From positions 927,900 to 991,899 of the forward strand of contig NC_068998.1 of assembly GCF_001194135.2 (NCBI RefSeq): a stretch of DNA of 64,000 nucleotides, in the 5' to 3' direction. Below are positions 12,701 to 25,533 of this stretch, piece after piece. A program made the position numbers and the translations under genes. The notes under the pieces were generated by a model. It searched no databases, was not told the origin of the DNA, and saw nothing but the letters and a program-made list of their open reading frames with translations. How positions within the stretch are numbered: the first letter of the stretch is position 1; every line of letters begins with the position of its first letter. The stretch is from Octopus bimaculoides. Taxonomy: Eukaryota.

Positions 12701-15700
12701 AAACGGTCGCCTTTAAATGGACCTTGTTATTTAAGGGTTAGGTAGAGCAAGCACTTGTCTTTTTGGTTTGGAGTGAAGGGTGGGTGGGTCAGGATGGTGT
12801 CTGTGTATGTTGGGGAGGACATGAGTACCTGGAACAGGTGGGTAGGTGTCTGGACATATTTGATTACAGGTGATGACAAAGAGAGAGAGAGACAGACAGA
12901 CAAACGGATAGATAGACGGAGTGTGTGTGTGTGTGTGTATGTGTGTGTGTGTATATGAGTGTGTGTGTGTGTGTGTGCATTATGTTAGCAGTAACAGAGG
13001 GAGTTACAGATAAAATTCATGGATCCGCAGTGTATCCCAGCTGTTGTTTCACTTTACCCCAAAAGAGGCAACCAGAAGATTGATACCTGACATATATTCC
13101 CAGAGAGCTAACCTTAGCAAAAGCATGAGTAAAAGCAGCAGCAAAGTACAAAGAAAAGTGAGTTGGGGCATCCTACTTGACACCATTCTCTACAGGAATG
13201 GGTCCTGCCATGCCACCACCAACATTGACCCAAGCCTCCATCCCATCATGAAATGATTTAATTATAGATACAAAGTGATCCGGACATCCAAGTTTGCCAA
13301 GTATTTTCCATAGAAAGGCCCTATTCACAGTACATACATACATACATACAAAGTACATATATATAAACACACACACACACGCTACAAGTATATATATATG
13401 TATGTGTGTGTGTATATTTTGCAATATATATATTTGTGTGTATGTATGTATGTGTGTGTGTGTTCTAAAGATAAAAAGATTTTTTTAAAAAAGCGTCCAA
13501 TGAATGGACAGGTATATTAAGTGAAGAGTACATAATTTATTTTCTCATTTTGCATCACATGGGACTGACTGAAAAGTGGTGGCAGTGGGGCGTCTAATTT
13601 TTGTTTAACATCAATAAAATTTACCATGGTGGCGGCGGTGGTGGTAGTAGTAGTAGCAGTAGTAATAGTAGTAGTAGTAGTAGTAGTAGTAGTTGCTGTT
13701 GTTTCAATGTTTTGGCCTACTGTGACTGAATGCATTACAATAAACACACACACACACACAGAAACAACATATGTGGCTGATCTCCCCAGACATTGGTGAA
13801 TCAGTGTGTGGGGAGATCCAGCTGTTCACTGACCTCTTTATTATTTCATCAACCCAAAAGGGTGAATATTGACTAGTGGTGGTGGCGACAGCAGCGGTGG
13901 TGATAGTGGTGCTAGTGGCAGTAGTGGTGGTGGTGGTGGTGGTGGTGGTGGTGGCGGGCGTGGTGGTGATGGTGATGGTGGTGGTGGTGGTGGTGGTGGA
14001 TGTAGAAATGTGGAGTACAACATTAAAAGTCCTGATATTTCCTCTTACATACCAAGTTCAAATCCTACCAAAACCATCTACACCTTCCATTCTTCCAGGG
14101 TCAATAAAATAATACCAGTCATCTTCCAGGGATAGTCAAATTGATTCCATGCTTCCCGGGGTTAATTATGCTTCCCACCTAGAATTTCTAGCTTTGTTCC
14201 ATTGTGCGGTACCTTAATTTATATTTATTTAGAAGCGGATGGAGGAGTGTTCTCTGTGGAGTGTTTCATCAGTCTCCTCAAATGATGGTGATGATGATGC
14301 TGCTGATAATGGTGGTGATGATGATGATGATGGTAAGAGAGATGATAATGGTGGTGATGATGATGATGGTGACGATGAAGGAAGGAATCCTGTTACAAAA
14401 AGGAGGACTGACCTATCAAACCTATGAGCCCACGTCTGCTGGCTGTCCATCAATGTGGTCTCTTGGAGGCCCAAAGCAAACTGAAGACTGTTCACTGCCT
14501 GATGAAGAAATACAGAGACACAGAAGGCAATTTAATGACAAACCACAATTGTTTGGTAAGAAATAAGTTTTTGAATTCAGTCTCAGACAAGACCCTTACA
14601 ATGAAACGAGACCTTTCCTGGCTGTTTGTTGTTGATTTGTAATGGTCTATTGTTTTGTCCAGCGTGCTCACGATTCTGCCAGCTTCCTGCCTTAATGGAC
14701 AAAATGCCCAGCAGCTCTTTGTCCAGCCAAGGGTTCTTCCCCAACAGCAATAATTCTTTTCTTAAAGATTATTTCATAAGTAAATGCAGTAATTATTTTA
14801 CCTTAACAAGTTCTTCATTTTCAGATTTGATCTTCTTCTCCAAATTACTGCTTTCTTTGCGAGACATTTCCATCTTGTTGAAGGGATTCCAATCAGAAGA
14901 AAAGATAAGGATTAACAAAGAATGACAGATGGAAAAAATAGGTATTAGATTAAAAAATATAAAAGCAACAAAAGAGAGATAATGTTGATTATTTCTTTCA
15001 TTAGCAGATGGTTTCATAATAGGGTGATAATAGGTAATTCCAACGAAACGTGTGTGGAATATAGTACCGAGACGAAGTGAGGAACTAAACTCATGTTTGA
15101 ATCCAGACATTAAGAGTGCTGAAGGACTCATCACCTGTCCCTTAAATTATTAGGGTTTATGTGACATCATTCAATGATTGTGTCTGTCAAAGCTAATAAT
15201 CCTTTTCTGTTATAGGGCACAAGGCCTGAAATTTGGGGGCTGGGGAGAGTGGATTACATTGCCCCCCCCCCCCAGTACTCAACTGTTACTCGTTACTTAT
15301 TTTATCAACCCCAAAAGGATGAAAGGCATAGTTGACCTCAGTGGAATTAGAACTCAGAATGTGAAGATGGACAAAATACTGTTAAGCATTTCACCCAATG
15401 TGAGAGTACAGTCAATTAAATAACCGATAGCACCTGAGTACATTGGTACTTTAGTACATTGGTACTTTAATATATTGGTACTTTAGTACATTGACCTCAG
15501 AAGGAAGAAAGGCAAAGTTGACCTCAGTATGACCCTATTCTGAGATTTTATTAATTCTGCCATTCTAGACACTTAGTCTGGTATTTTACCATTCTTGCTA
15601 GCCAAATATCAGAACAATGTTAGTGGAATGGTTAATGTTTCTTGCTAAAAGACAAACAAAACACAACAATCAAGTCCAAAATGGTTCAATCTTTCTAGGC

Positions 15701-17071
15701 ACCCCTCACCTGTTGTTTCAATATTCTAATAGCTTCATACTTTGATTCCAATCTCAGTTGACAGTTTTCAAATTCCATCTTTATTTCTTCAACTTCCTGC
15801 AAGTAATTCAAACAAAATTTGGTAAAATACTTTTAATTTCTGCTTTATAAACAACCTCCAGACCTGCTTCTTCTTGAGAAATGACCATCCCCCCCACCCG
15901 ACACCACTTACTCTACAATAATCTCCATCCATTGACAGCAAGCAATAATTCATATTCACCACAGATTGCCTGCCTGCATCACTCATCCTCCTCCTTCACG
16001 ACTGATATCTCTATACAACCAGCATCACAACTCATGCTTCATACAATAATGTGCCTCACAACTTCACAACACACACACACTTCATACAGCCTCACAATAA
16101 AGGCTTCACACTGTTATATGTCTAAAACACATTTGTGCATGTGTTTGTGTGTGTGTGTGTTTGTATGTCTGTATTATAGAGAACATGTGAAATTACTTGA
16201 CTACGAAATCTGTTGTTTTTGTCTTATTTCATTAAACAAAAAAAACATGCAACATCAACAGTGAGGAGGTCACAAGCCCCAGACCGTTTAATCGTGGACA
16301 GTGAGAAATGGAATTTAGGAAAGACATAATTACCTGAATCATGAATATTAATTTTTTCTCATAGTTTTTCTCTTGATTTGGTTTGAAACGGAACTTTTTT
16401 ACATGAGCTGAAGAGAGAGAGAGGGAGAGGGAGAGGGAGAGAGAGAGAGACAATGAAAATATTGTAATTCATGTGATTTATGTGTTGGGAAAAGGGTGAT
16501 TGATGACTTAAGAGGGAATGATTGATGAGTTGGGAGTAAGTGATTGTTGTGGAGGTGGTAGTGCTAAGGAATGATAAATGCATTGGGAGAAGGGTTAATG
16601 ATGATTTAAGAGAGAGTGATTGATGATTTGGGAATGAGTGACTGATGAATGGATAGTGGTATTGATGTGTTGAGTGATGAGTGATGTGCTGGTATTGGCT
16701 GATGTGAATTTTTTAATAAACATTCTCACTACAGCAATAAAAGTTATTCCTTTATTAACCACAAAGGGTTTACATTAAGGAAAACAATATGGACAGCACA
16801 GGACAAATAGAATGTGGGGTTAGGATGATAATAATAATGATAATAATAATCCTTTCTACTATAGGCACAAGGCCTGAAACTTTGCGGGAGGGGCTAGTCA
16901 ATTACATCGACCCCAGTGTTTCACGGGTACTTTTTGCATCAACCCCAAAAGGATGACAGGCAAAGTCAACCTTGGTGTGATTTGAACTCACAATCTAAAG
17001 ACAGATGAAATGTTGCTAAGCATTTTGCCCAGCATGCTAACAATTCTGCCAGCTCACCACCTCCAATAATG

Positions 17072-17146
<75 letters not shown>

Positions 17147-18313
17147 CTGTCAATCTTGAGAATTTCTACACCTTTAACTGCTGCCAACAATCCTTCAAAT
17201 TATATTTAACCATCTTGAAGAGAACGACACGTTGAACATTGGAGTCATTGATCTACAGACAGAAGAGATAGTCATGGATGCATCCCCACTAATTATATGT
17301 CGTTTTGATCAGAAGCAATCCAGGATTAAACAATGAAATAGGTCTGCTGGATCAGGGCTGACTGACCTGGGGCTAAAAACTAACAACAACAACAATGACT
17401 TATTGAATTCCATGAAAGAACCTGAAGTCACTCACAATTACTTGGTTCTTGATTCACCGGCTGAGTTGCCCCTGGCAACAAGAGGTCATGACCTTGTAAT
17501 AGATGAGCTAATGTTTCCTGGATCCGATAACTGGGACGTTGAAATGATGCTGGTCTCGGAGCATCTAAGCTTTCATGGTATGTAACTGGTTGGGTTGTGC
17601 TGTCTCTGGACTTGATGTGTTCCATGTGCGGTTGAGTTAATGTTACTGAGGAATATAAATGACAACAATAACAACAACAATGACGACGATATTATTATTG
17701 TTGTTAATAATCTTTTCTTTTAACCTTATTTATGACAACTTGTAATATGGTATTTCAACTTTATAATATGTTTATTTATGTTATAAAAATTTCTGATTTA
17801 TCACAAAACCCACAAAATCTTAGGAGATGATTAGGTAAGAAATCTAATGACTTAGCACATTGCTGGCATATTTTTTCTTTTCTTTTTTACCCCAGAATGT
17901 TAAAATGCAAAGTCAATCTTGGCTAAAATTTGAACTGGGACCTTAAGGAACTTATCTGAATATCAAAAGCTAATTCATTTGATGGTCTTCCAATTCTATG
18001 AATCTGTTTTCTTATCGTTTTCTTGCACAGCATATAACAGGTATTGCATGTTATCGATCCCAGAATTATGATAAGGAAATAAAAACCTCAGCATGATTTG
18101 AACTCAGAACTCAGAAAAAGGCATTGCTAAATACTGCAAGGCATTCTGAGGGCTGAAAAAGACACAATCCCAGACATTAGAATATACTCCTGTAGACCGA
18201 TGTCTAAGGGACAGCTTTGTGTGTAAGGCTTGTCAAAAGATATGTAGAAGATTAACAGGCTTAAAGAAGGGTTCTTCCTGATACACAAGTATATGTATGT
18301 ATGTATGTATGTG

Positions 18314-18404
<91 letters not shown>

Positions 18405-19369
18405 GAATGGGACGGAGAGAGAAAGATTACAAAGAGGAGAACCATACAAGAGGTGTACGTGACAATACGTTGAAGTTTAAGTTTAGATAAGTTAGGTAGA
18501 TTTATCCCTGTTGATTTTAGACTATTGGCATCTGTGACAGACTTCAGTGTCTTTGTCTAACATATTTCTACACACGCGTGCACGCGCACATACACTTGTG
18601 TGTATGTGTGTGTGTGTGTGTACTCATGATGGATTTTTGTGTCAATTTTGACATCAGTGTTCTAATTAATCAATGGAACCGCCTACATATTGTACTCTAG
18701 TGCAGGTATCCCCATACTGTCTTCCATATTGTACTCTAGTGCAAGTATTTCCATGATGTCGTCACAGTCACTAACCTACATGGTTCTATCTACAGTCCAA
18801 ACGTGACCAACCGCAGTATTATATTCAAGGCCACTCTATTCATTCGTTTTTAAGACCGTAAGTTAAAATTTGAAGAAGATTCGGCTGCTATGTATAGCAG
18901 GTCGAGTGATTGCCTAACGGTCGCCCCCCCCCNNNNNNNNNNNNNNNNNNNNNNNNNNNNNNNNNNNNNNNNNNNNNNNNNNNNNNNNNNNNNNNNNNNN
19001 NNNNNNNNNNNNNNNNNNNNNNNNNNNNNNNNNNNNNNNNNNNNNNNNNNNNNNNNNNNNNNNNNNNNNNNNNNNNNNNNNNNNNNNNNNNNNNNNNNNN
19101 NNNNNNNNNNNNNNNNNNNNNNNNNNNNNNNNNCCCCCCCCTCAAAACTTTAGAAGTAAATAAATAAAATCACAGACACCGCTCAAAAAATGCGTTGGAT
19201 CGGAAAGAATCACTGAACACAACCCCCTTTAGCGATTAACGATTGGTCAGAATTTGATTTTAATGTCTGATCTTCGCACATAAACCAGTCAGGTTCTTGT
19301 TTTTACTCTGGCAAAAATCACATTTTTTGATTCAATTATTTCTTTGTCAGACTCCACTAAGCACTTGCT

Positions 19370-19405
<36 letters not shown>

Positions 19406-20263
19406 TGCCTTAATTACATGAACTGAAATCTAGAGAACATCCTTCAGTAGGGCCATGCAAATTTTTTAAACAGCAAAAAATATAAATAAATGAATAAATG
19501 AATGAAATAAAATAAACTGAAGCATTATTTTTATGAAGGAATAACTCTCACGAATCATGAGTGACACTCAGCTAAATCTCTCGCAATCGCTCCAAATACT
19601 AAATCTTATTATCCCCGAGCATTCCTCCACCTTCTGGCTTACGGACAAGTTTTGTTTTTTGTTGTCAAAATATTTTCCCATGTGGTTTTCATTATGATAA
19701 GGAGTATTGCTTCTAAATTACATTAGTAACACCTACTGCCTATCCTGAGTGTTTCTTGTGGCTGGTGCCTGATGAACCTGTCAGTTTGTACCCATCGACA
19801 TTTGACCTGTGACACAGCGACCCCACCTCTCCCGTTCCACCCAAGGAAAAAGTCTTTCATTGTCACAAATCGAATCCATTTGGTTGTGAAATAATTTCCA
19901 CCGCTACAGATATTATTTTGTATCGCTCTTAGAGCCGAATACTGCGTCTTTGTATTCACCAGCACCAATTAATCTCTAACAGGCTTGTCTCCTAATTGCA
20001 TTTGGGGTTCGATAGCTGAAGATGAAATAAAATCGATCGCTGCAAGAATTTGGTGGAAGACATTGCGTGGATCTCCTATAGAAACATATTCACGCAGAAA
20101 TCCTTTGGGAAGTGGCAAACAAAAAAAGAAGGAAAAACAATAACAAAGAATACATAACTAAAAGTCGAAAACAATGACAATAACAACGCCCAAAAAGTCT
20201 ACTGACAAAGTAACTTGACCTGCTAAAAATAGCTGCGCCAATCACTCTCAGATCACACCATGC

Positions 20264-20298
<35 letters not shown>

Positions 20299-20648
20299 GG
20301 TTTATATTAGAATTGGTACCTATGTATATACATATATGTAGTATGTTACCAGCAAATGTTGTTTTACCTTACCGTGAAGTCAGTGCTACGGTACACAGAG
20401 AGTCCTTCTTGTTGATCTGCCTAGATTCTAATGAATCCTGTAACTAATCTATTTTAATATTTAAAACAAGTTTGATTCGGTCCCACGCAACTTAAACTTT
20501 CGTTGGTTCGTTACTGGAGCCTAACTGGTCGGGTTCGGGTTCCTGTAACGAACTTACGAAACATTTTAAGTTCCATGAGACCAAATCAAACTATTTTTAA
20601 TAATAATAATAATAATAATTATTATTATTATTATAACAACAACAACAT

Positions 20649-20711
<63 letters not shown>

Positions 20712-20747
20712 TATGTNNNNNNNNNNGTGTGTGTGTGTGAGAGAGAG

Positions 20748-20790
<43 letters not shown>

Positions 20791-21094
20791 ATGCGATTTA
20801 GTTCTTACCTTGCTGACTTGTTATGTATCTACTACAGACGCTACAGTGCGGAGGATTTTCTTGATTTAAAGAACAGGTGTGAGTCTGGACAAACGGTGGG
20901 GTTCGATTAGAATAGTTTTGCATGATTGCAACTGGCTGCTCATAACTACAACAACTGTTTGTAGCCAAGGCAGAACAAGAGCCTCTACTGATGTTTGGTT
21001 TGAAACCGCCTGGTTTCAAGCCAAGTCCCAGACCGAGATCACCGGACACCAAATCTTCCTGTAAATGTTCTCGGCTTTCTTCGGAGTTGGTCAT
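8384..21094 (-). CDS. CCDC125: Coiled-coil domain-containing protein 125-like, full gene model: complement join(21094-20809,16407-16334,15796-15710,14873-14802,14498-14413,11432-11350,11247-11132,10925-10818,9608-9407,9076-8895,8539-8384); 1452 nt, 483 aa
   Basis: All junctions are GT-AG, phase-consistent and open to TAG. Motifs resemble recalled CCDC125 sequence: DLVSGDLGLGLGLKPGG, EVEEIKMEFE..Q..L.SK.EAIRIL, MAVLGACIC..PCAC, MANAYRYAFEEQL, LQEKSETLAYQKLASRILA. Family assignment is from memory, not from a search. Confidence 0.85.
8895..9076 (-). CDS. CCDC125: CCDC125 exon 10 (CSSLLKQSLRRD...SPHLITVLLEM)
   Basis: Acceptor tttcctgcag|, donor ATG|GTAAGT, open in phase 1-0. Confidence 0.85.
9407..9608 (-). 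CDS. CCDC125: CCDC125 exon 9 (LELSQQQTQDSFMMANAYRYAFEEQL...VLDL)
   Basis: Acceptor tccacag|, donor |GTAAGA, phase 0-1. Confidence 0.9.
10818..10925 (-). CDS. CCDC125: CCDC125 exon 8 (MAVLGACICRGQKSEPCACAYSAANMHREVLRLQQE)
   Basis: Acceptor attacag|, donor GAG|GTACCT; Cys cluster typical of CCDC125 as recalled. Confidence 0.92.
11132..11247 (-). CDS. CCDC125: CCDC125 exon 7 (AITRERDELLALLDIQDK...FTTSE)
   Basis: Acceptor ataccag|, donor GAG|GTGGGT, phase 1-0. Confidence 0.88.
11350..11432 (-). CDS. CCDC125: CCDC125 exon 6 (ACNENAKLLNALEKRSEELQKVLSQKM)
   Basis: Acceptor after a T-rich tract (cacaaag|), donor |GTAAGG, phase 2-1. Confidence 0.87.
13040..13332 (-). mobile_element. RTE-clade LINE reverse-transcriptase fragment in a CCDC125 intron
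   Basis: TVNRAFLWKILGKLGCPDHFVSIIKSFHDGM...VENGVK followed by a stop; typical RT region of RTE elements. Confidence 0.85.
13615..14000 (+). repeat. (GTA)n and (GGT)n trinucleotide tracts in a CCDC125 intron
   Basis: Direct reading; they generate spurious poly-G/P/V/T ORFs. Confidence 0.9.
14413..14498 (-). CDS. CCDC125: CCDC125 exon 5 (AVNSLQFALGLQETTLMDSQQTWAHRFD)
   Basis: Acceptor ttcttcatcag|, donor TAG|GTCAGT, phase 0-2. Confidence 0.85.
14802..14873 (-). CDS. CCDC125: CCDC125 exon 4 (MEMSRKESSNLEKKIKSENEELVK)
   Basis: Acceptor caacaag|, donor AAG|GTAAAA, phase 0-0. Confidence 0.78.
15436..15495 (+). repeat. AGTACATTGGTACTTT short tandem repeat (3-4 degenerate units)
   Basis: Direct reading. 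Confidence 0.7.
15710..15796 (-). CDS. CCDC125: CCDC125 exon 3 (EVEEIKMEFENCQLRLESKYEAIRILKQQ)
   Basis: Acceptor ttgcag|, donor CAG|GTGAGG; coiled-coil heptads. Confidence 0.9.
16334..16407 (-). CDS. CCDC125: CCDC125 exon 2 (AHVKKFRFKPNQEKNYEKKLIFMIQ)
   Basis: Acceptor ctctcttcag|, donor CAG|GTAATT, phase 1-0 bridging exons 1 and 3; weak sequence similarity. Confidence 0.72.
16843..17061 (-). mobile_element. tRNA-derived SINE family A, near full-length copy. Other copies approx. 15195-15402(-), 24615-24798(-), 25190-25383(-), 31300-31375(+), 31775-31893(-), 37640-37832(+), 37880-38020(+), 39350-39540(-), 40300-40515(-), 43303-43385(+), 49215-49425(-)
   Basis: Recurrent head gagctggcagaat.gttagca (A box) ... 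gagttcaaat(t/c)cc (B box), body ttgcctttcatcct...agtaccag...gtcgatgtaat, ATT/TAA tail. Confidence 0.85.
20809..21094 (-). CDS. CCDC125: CCDC125 coding exon 1 (MTNSEES...GDLGLGLGLKPGG...SQQ)
   Basis: ATG at 21094 with an in-frame stop upstream; donor AAG|GTAAGA, phase 1; an acceptor tctctgcag| 23 nt upstream implies an upstream 5'UTR exon. Confidence 0.85.
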
Positions 21095-21618
21095 GACCCC
21101 GGATAGCGAGATTACGTCTGCAGAGATAATAAATGCTATAGGTATATATCAATCCGTGTTTATCAGAAGAGAGAGGACTGTCTCCGTCATGAAGCCCCCT
21201 CCAAAAGGTTTGGCAAAACGAGAGCATGTGTAGTCATACAGTAGTCGCTCTCTGTCCTTTTGTGTGTTGAGGTTGACTGAGTGGTTAACGACAGTGAGTG
21301 GAGGCGAATTTAGGTGTGTCACTAATGGTTTGTACACAGATCTGTCGTTGTTTTGTGATCGCTGTATATTTTTGAAACACCTATAGACAGGTAGTATTGC
21401 CCCCCTCACTCTCTTTCTTTCTTTCTCTCTCTCTCTCTCTTTCTCTCCCCATTCTTCGTCACTTTAGTGGCTGGTGATAGCTGTGGGAATTGCATGCATA
21501 TCTGCTCACACACTCACACCAATGTGCATGCATACATACATACATACATACGTATAAAATGTGGGCGTGTGTGTATGTGTTTGTATTTGTGTATGTGTGT
21601 GTGATTGTGTGTGTGTGT

Positions 21619-21654
<36 letters not shown>

Positions 21655-21887
21655 CTATTTGACATACGTATTCCATTTGCCAGTAATGTAGCCACAGACA
21701 CGATTAAAACTAATTTCACTGTTGGGCTTTGGGTTACTTTAGCGTCGTTGAATCACACACGCGCGCGCAAACACAAAGGTGTGTATATCCACTTGTTTAT
21801 TGGGAAAAGTTTTTAATTATCTTTACCGCATTATTACGTCTGTAGAAAATTAGTTTCTTGGCTTTTTTTTGTATGTGGTCACTACTG

Positions 21888-21937
<50 letters not shown>

Positions 21938-22918
21938 GCCACTGCTACTGTTGCTGTTGTAGTGACCTTGTCGTCAGTAGTGAGAAGACATTCCTATCAT
22001 TCATTGTCACAGAATACAATAGTCAAAACGAGGTGAAGTTTGCAACAACCAGTTTTCGATGTCTTATTTATAAGTCGAAGACATCAGAACAACGCTGAGG
22101 GTTTCAATATAGATAAATGACTAAATAAATCCGTTGAGGGAAGGTATGAGATTCGTTTGAATAAATACAAAAGTATTTAAATATATATTGTTATATTTTG
22201 GGACGGACATTTTTTAAATATTTTTACCAAAGACACGCACTATATGTTCGTTCGTTCGTTCGTTCTTNNNNNNNNNNNNNNNNNNNNNNNNNNNNNNNNN
22301 NNNNNNNNNNNNNNNNNNNNNNNNNNNNNNNNNNNNNNNNNNNNNNNNNNNNNNNNNNNNNNNNNNNNNNNNNNNNNNNNNNNNNNNNNNNNNNNNNNNN
22401 NNNNNNNNNNNNNNNNNNNNNNNNNNNNNNNNNNNNNNNNNNNNNNNNNNNNNNNNNNNNNNNNNNNNNNNNNNNNNNNNNNNNNNNNNNNNNNNNNNNN
22501 NNNNNNNNNNNNNNNNNNNNNNNNNNNNNNNNNNNNNNNNNNNNNNNNNNNNNNNNNNNNNNNNNNNNNNNNNNNNNNNNNNNNNNNNNNNNNNNNNNNN
22601 NNNNNNNNNNNNNNNNNNNNNNNNNNNNNNNNNNNNNNNNNNNNNNNNNNNNNNNNNNNNNNNNNNNNNNNNNNNNNNNNNNNNNNNNNNNNNNNNNNNN
22701 NNNNNNNNNNNNNNNNNNNNNNNNNNNNNNNNNNNNNNNNNNNNNNNNNNNNNNNNNNNNNNNNNNNNNNNNNNNNNNNNNNNNNNNNNNNNTTATGAAT
22801 ATATTCTCATGCATATGTATGTACGTATGTATGAATATATACATACATATATACGCTTAAGCGTGTATGTGCATCTATGTAGGATATGTGTGTATGTATG
22901 CATATATAAGCACATGCA

Positions 22919-22953
<35 letters not shown>

Positions 22954-23203
22954 AACTAAGCAGGTCTCCGTTGATCTCGACGACGAAAAGTCAGTTATTC
23001 AACCCCCCTGAACGAATGTTTAAGGCACTGATCATTCCCAAGACGTGTGTATTCTTAATGTATTCATCAAGTGTAGAGACTTTTATGGTATTTGGGCGGG
23101 TGGGGGGCATTAATCATGCAACTTAAGGGTAAAAGACATTTGACGAGAATAGCAGGGTTGAACATGAGACTCAGAGATTAACCACTTGGCCATACGTGCA
23201 CCG

Positions 23204-23267
<64 letters not shown>

Positions 23268-23605
23268 TCGCTTTGTTTAGATTTGGGTCGATAAAGCCAG
23301 TTAAAGTTATGACTGCTTAAAAGCAACAGACTTACACACACATACATACACACACATGCATGCTCACACACTCATATGATTACAGGCATACATACATACA
23401 TACGTATGTGTTTGGGTGTATATGTATGTTTGCGTGTTTAATGTTGCAGAAAGGCTATAGAAATTCATACACAGGTTATGTCGATAAATTAGGTCAATGG
23501 AATTCACTGATTTGGGAGGCATGACACATATTACAGGATCCTTCTATGTATGTATGTATGTATGTATGTATCTATCTATCTATCTTAAGCAACAACCTGG
23601 TGTAG

Positions 23606-23681
<76 letters not shown>

Positions 23682-25000
23682 GCTTCTTTCAGTTTCCATC
23701 ATCCAAATCCACTCACAAAGCTTTGATCAGCCTGAGGCTTATAGTAGAAGACACTTGCCCAAGGTGCCACACAGTGGGACTGATTATAGTATGTTGTATC
23801 ATGTAATATTACAAAGGTTTATAGGAGAGGGAGAGGGAAAGGGAGANNNNNNNNNNNNNNNNNNNNNNNNNNNNNNNNNNNNNNNNNNNNNNNNNNNNNN
23901 NNNNNNNNNNNNNNNNNNNNNNNNNNNNNNNNNNNNNNNNNNNNNNNNNNNNNNNNNNNNNNNNNNNNNNNNNNNNNNAGAGAGAGAGAGAGAGAGAGAA
24001 AGGGGTGTGTGCTTACTAGAGTGAGTGAATTACAAAAATTGCACAATAAATCATTGGTGGTTTTAAATAATTGGCCCCAGAAAGACAAAAGATGAAGGTG
24101 AGTGCTGTGTGATGCAGTGGATCAGAAGGTAAGTAGAGGGTGTGGGCGGGATGGGGGTTGGGGCTAGCTTTAATACAATAAATGTTCCACATTGATAGCA
24201 ACATAGACCAAGGGAACCTACTCATCGTCACTCTGAAAAATAGCAGACAGATCTACCTCAAATTACACCTGTGTCAAAATGTATTGAGAAAGAATTGAAA
24301 ATAGGATAAGGTCGTTCTACATAGCTTAATATCAGTAAAAATATAGGGTGGTCAGGATTGGAACGCCTTTGCTGTCAGCCAAGGTAAACTTGCGCTTAAA
24401 CAACCACCAAAAGGGGAAAATGTAAACCGAGACGATGTATTTGAAGAAAATTAAGAAGTGATGGTCACGTATGGTAAGTTTACTAAACCTGGGATAATTT
24501 AGAGCCAAACCAACAACCATAGTGTGGTCCAAGACATTATCTCTGAACAAAAGTAAGTTAGTATAGTTATGGACAGAGCGCCTATGATCAGAGGCCTTTT
24601 CGATAAGAGCTGGCCTGATAAAAGTTTCAAATTTTGGTTGAAAGTTTGGGAGGGGTGGGGCAGACGATCACATCGATTTCAGTGCTCAACAGGTACTTAT
24701 TTTATCCTATCCCGAAAGGTAAAGAAGTGGATATCGGCGGAATTTGAAGTCAGAACGTAAAGACGGACGAAATACCGCTGAACATTTTGTTCGGACGCCT
24801 TGTAGCTGACCTGATATTTATTTATTGAAGAATTTTTAGAGGAGTGTTTAAGGGGAAGCAACTCTCGATTTCACCCAATTACTGACACTGCCCTCTGGTG
24901 TGTGATGTCAATCGCATTCCTCAAACCTCTATTTATATACACAGAACCACACACGCACACGCACACACGCGCGCGCGCATATGTTGACAGTCCAGCTATA
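21095..25000. promoter_or_regulatory. Divergent intergenic region (promoters and 5'UTR exons of CCDC125 and SFXN5)
   Basis: Both start-codon exons point away from this interval. It holds plus-strand consensus donors at 24098, 24129, 24384, 24474 and 24553 and a G-tract cluster at 24138-24162. TSS positions are not determined. Confidence 0.55.
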
Positions 25001-25066
25001 ATGTCTGTTGGTGATACTCGCGATGGATACCCTCCTTTCCAACTCAATTGCTCCCGCTTCAACCAG
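25001..25066 (+). CDS. SFXN5: SFXN5 coding exon 1 ([22 protein letters not shown])
   Basis: ATG at 25001, donor CAG|GTAAAC at 25067; resembles the PPFQL..RF.Q N-terminus of sideroflexins. Confidence 0.88.
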
Positions 25067-25501
25067 GTAAACACAAATAGTTTATTGTATACATCACGCT
25101 AGATCTAAGTTTATTTAACAGGAGGATTGTGCTCCACGCTTTAATTTGCGATGTTGTAGGAAGTTGTATCTTTGCATGTTGTTTTCAAGTTTTGGCACAA
25201 GGCCAGCAGTTTCGGGGGATGGGACAAGTTGATTACGTCAACCCTGATACTCGACTGGTTCTTAGTTTATCGATCCCGAAAGGCAGGGTCAACCAGAGCG
25301 GAATTTGAACTCGGAACGTAAAGATGGACAAAATACCGCCAAGCATTTTGCCCGGCATGCTAACGATTCTGCCAGCTCGCCGCTTTAATTATAATGGCGA
25401 AGGTATGCACTCAACCCGTTTTCGGTGGTTAGGGTTAGGGTTACGCCGAAAACGCGTGGTGCATGTATTCTTTACCCCCGCCATAATAATAATAAATAAT
25501 G

Positions 25502-25533
<32 letters not shown>

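Noticed and set aside
14204-14566. Plus-strand 120-aa and acidic 62-aa ORFs
   Set aside because: They are explained by the antisense of CCDC125 exon 5 plus a (GAT/GGT)n tract.
17403-17625. Overlapping 60-65 aa ORFs on both strands in CCDC125 intron 1
   Set aside because: There is no good acceptor and the segment is not needed for the gene model. It is probably a decayed repeat fragment I cannot classify.
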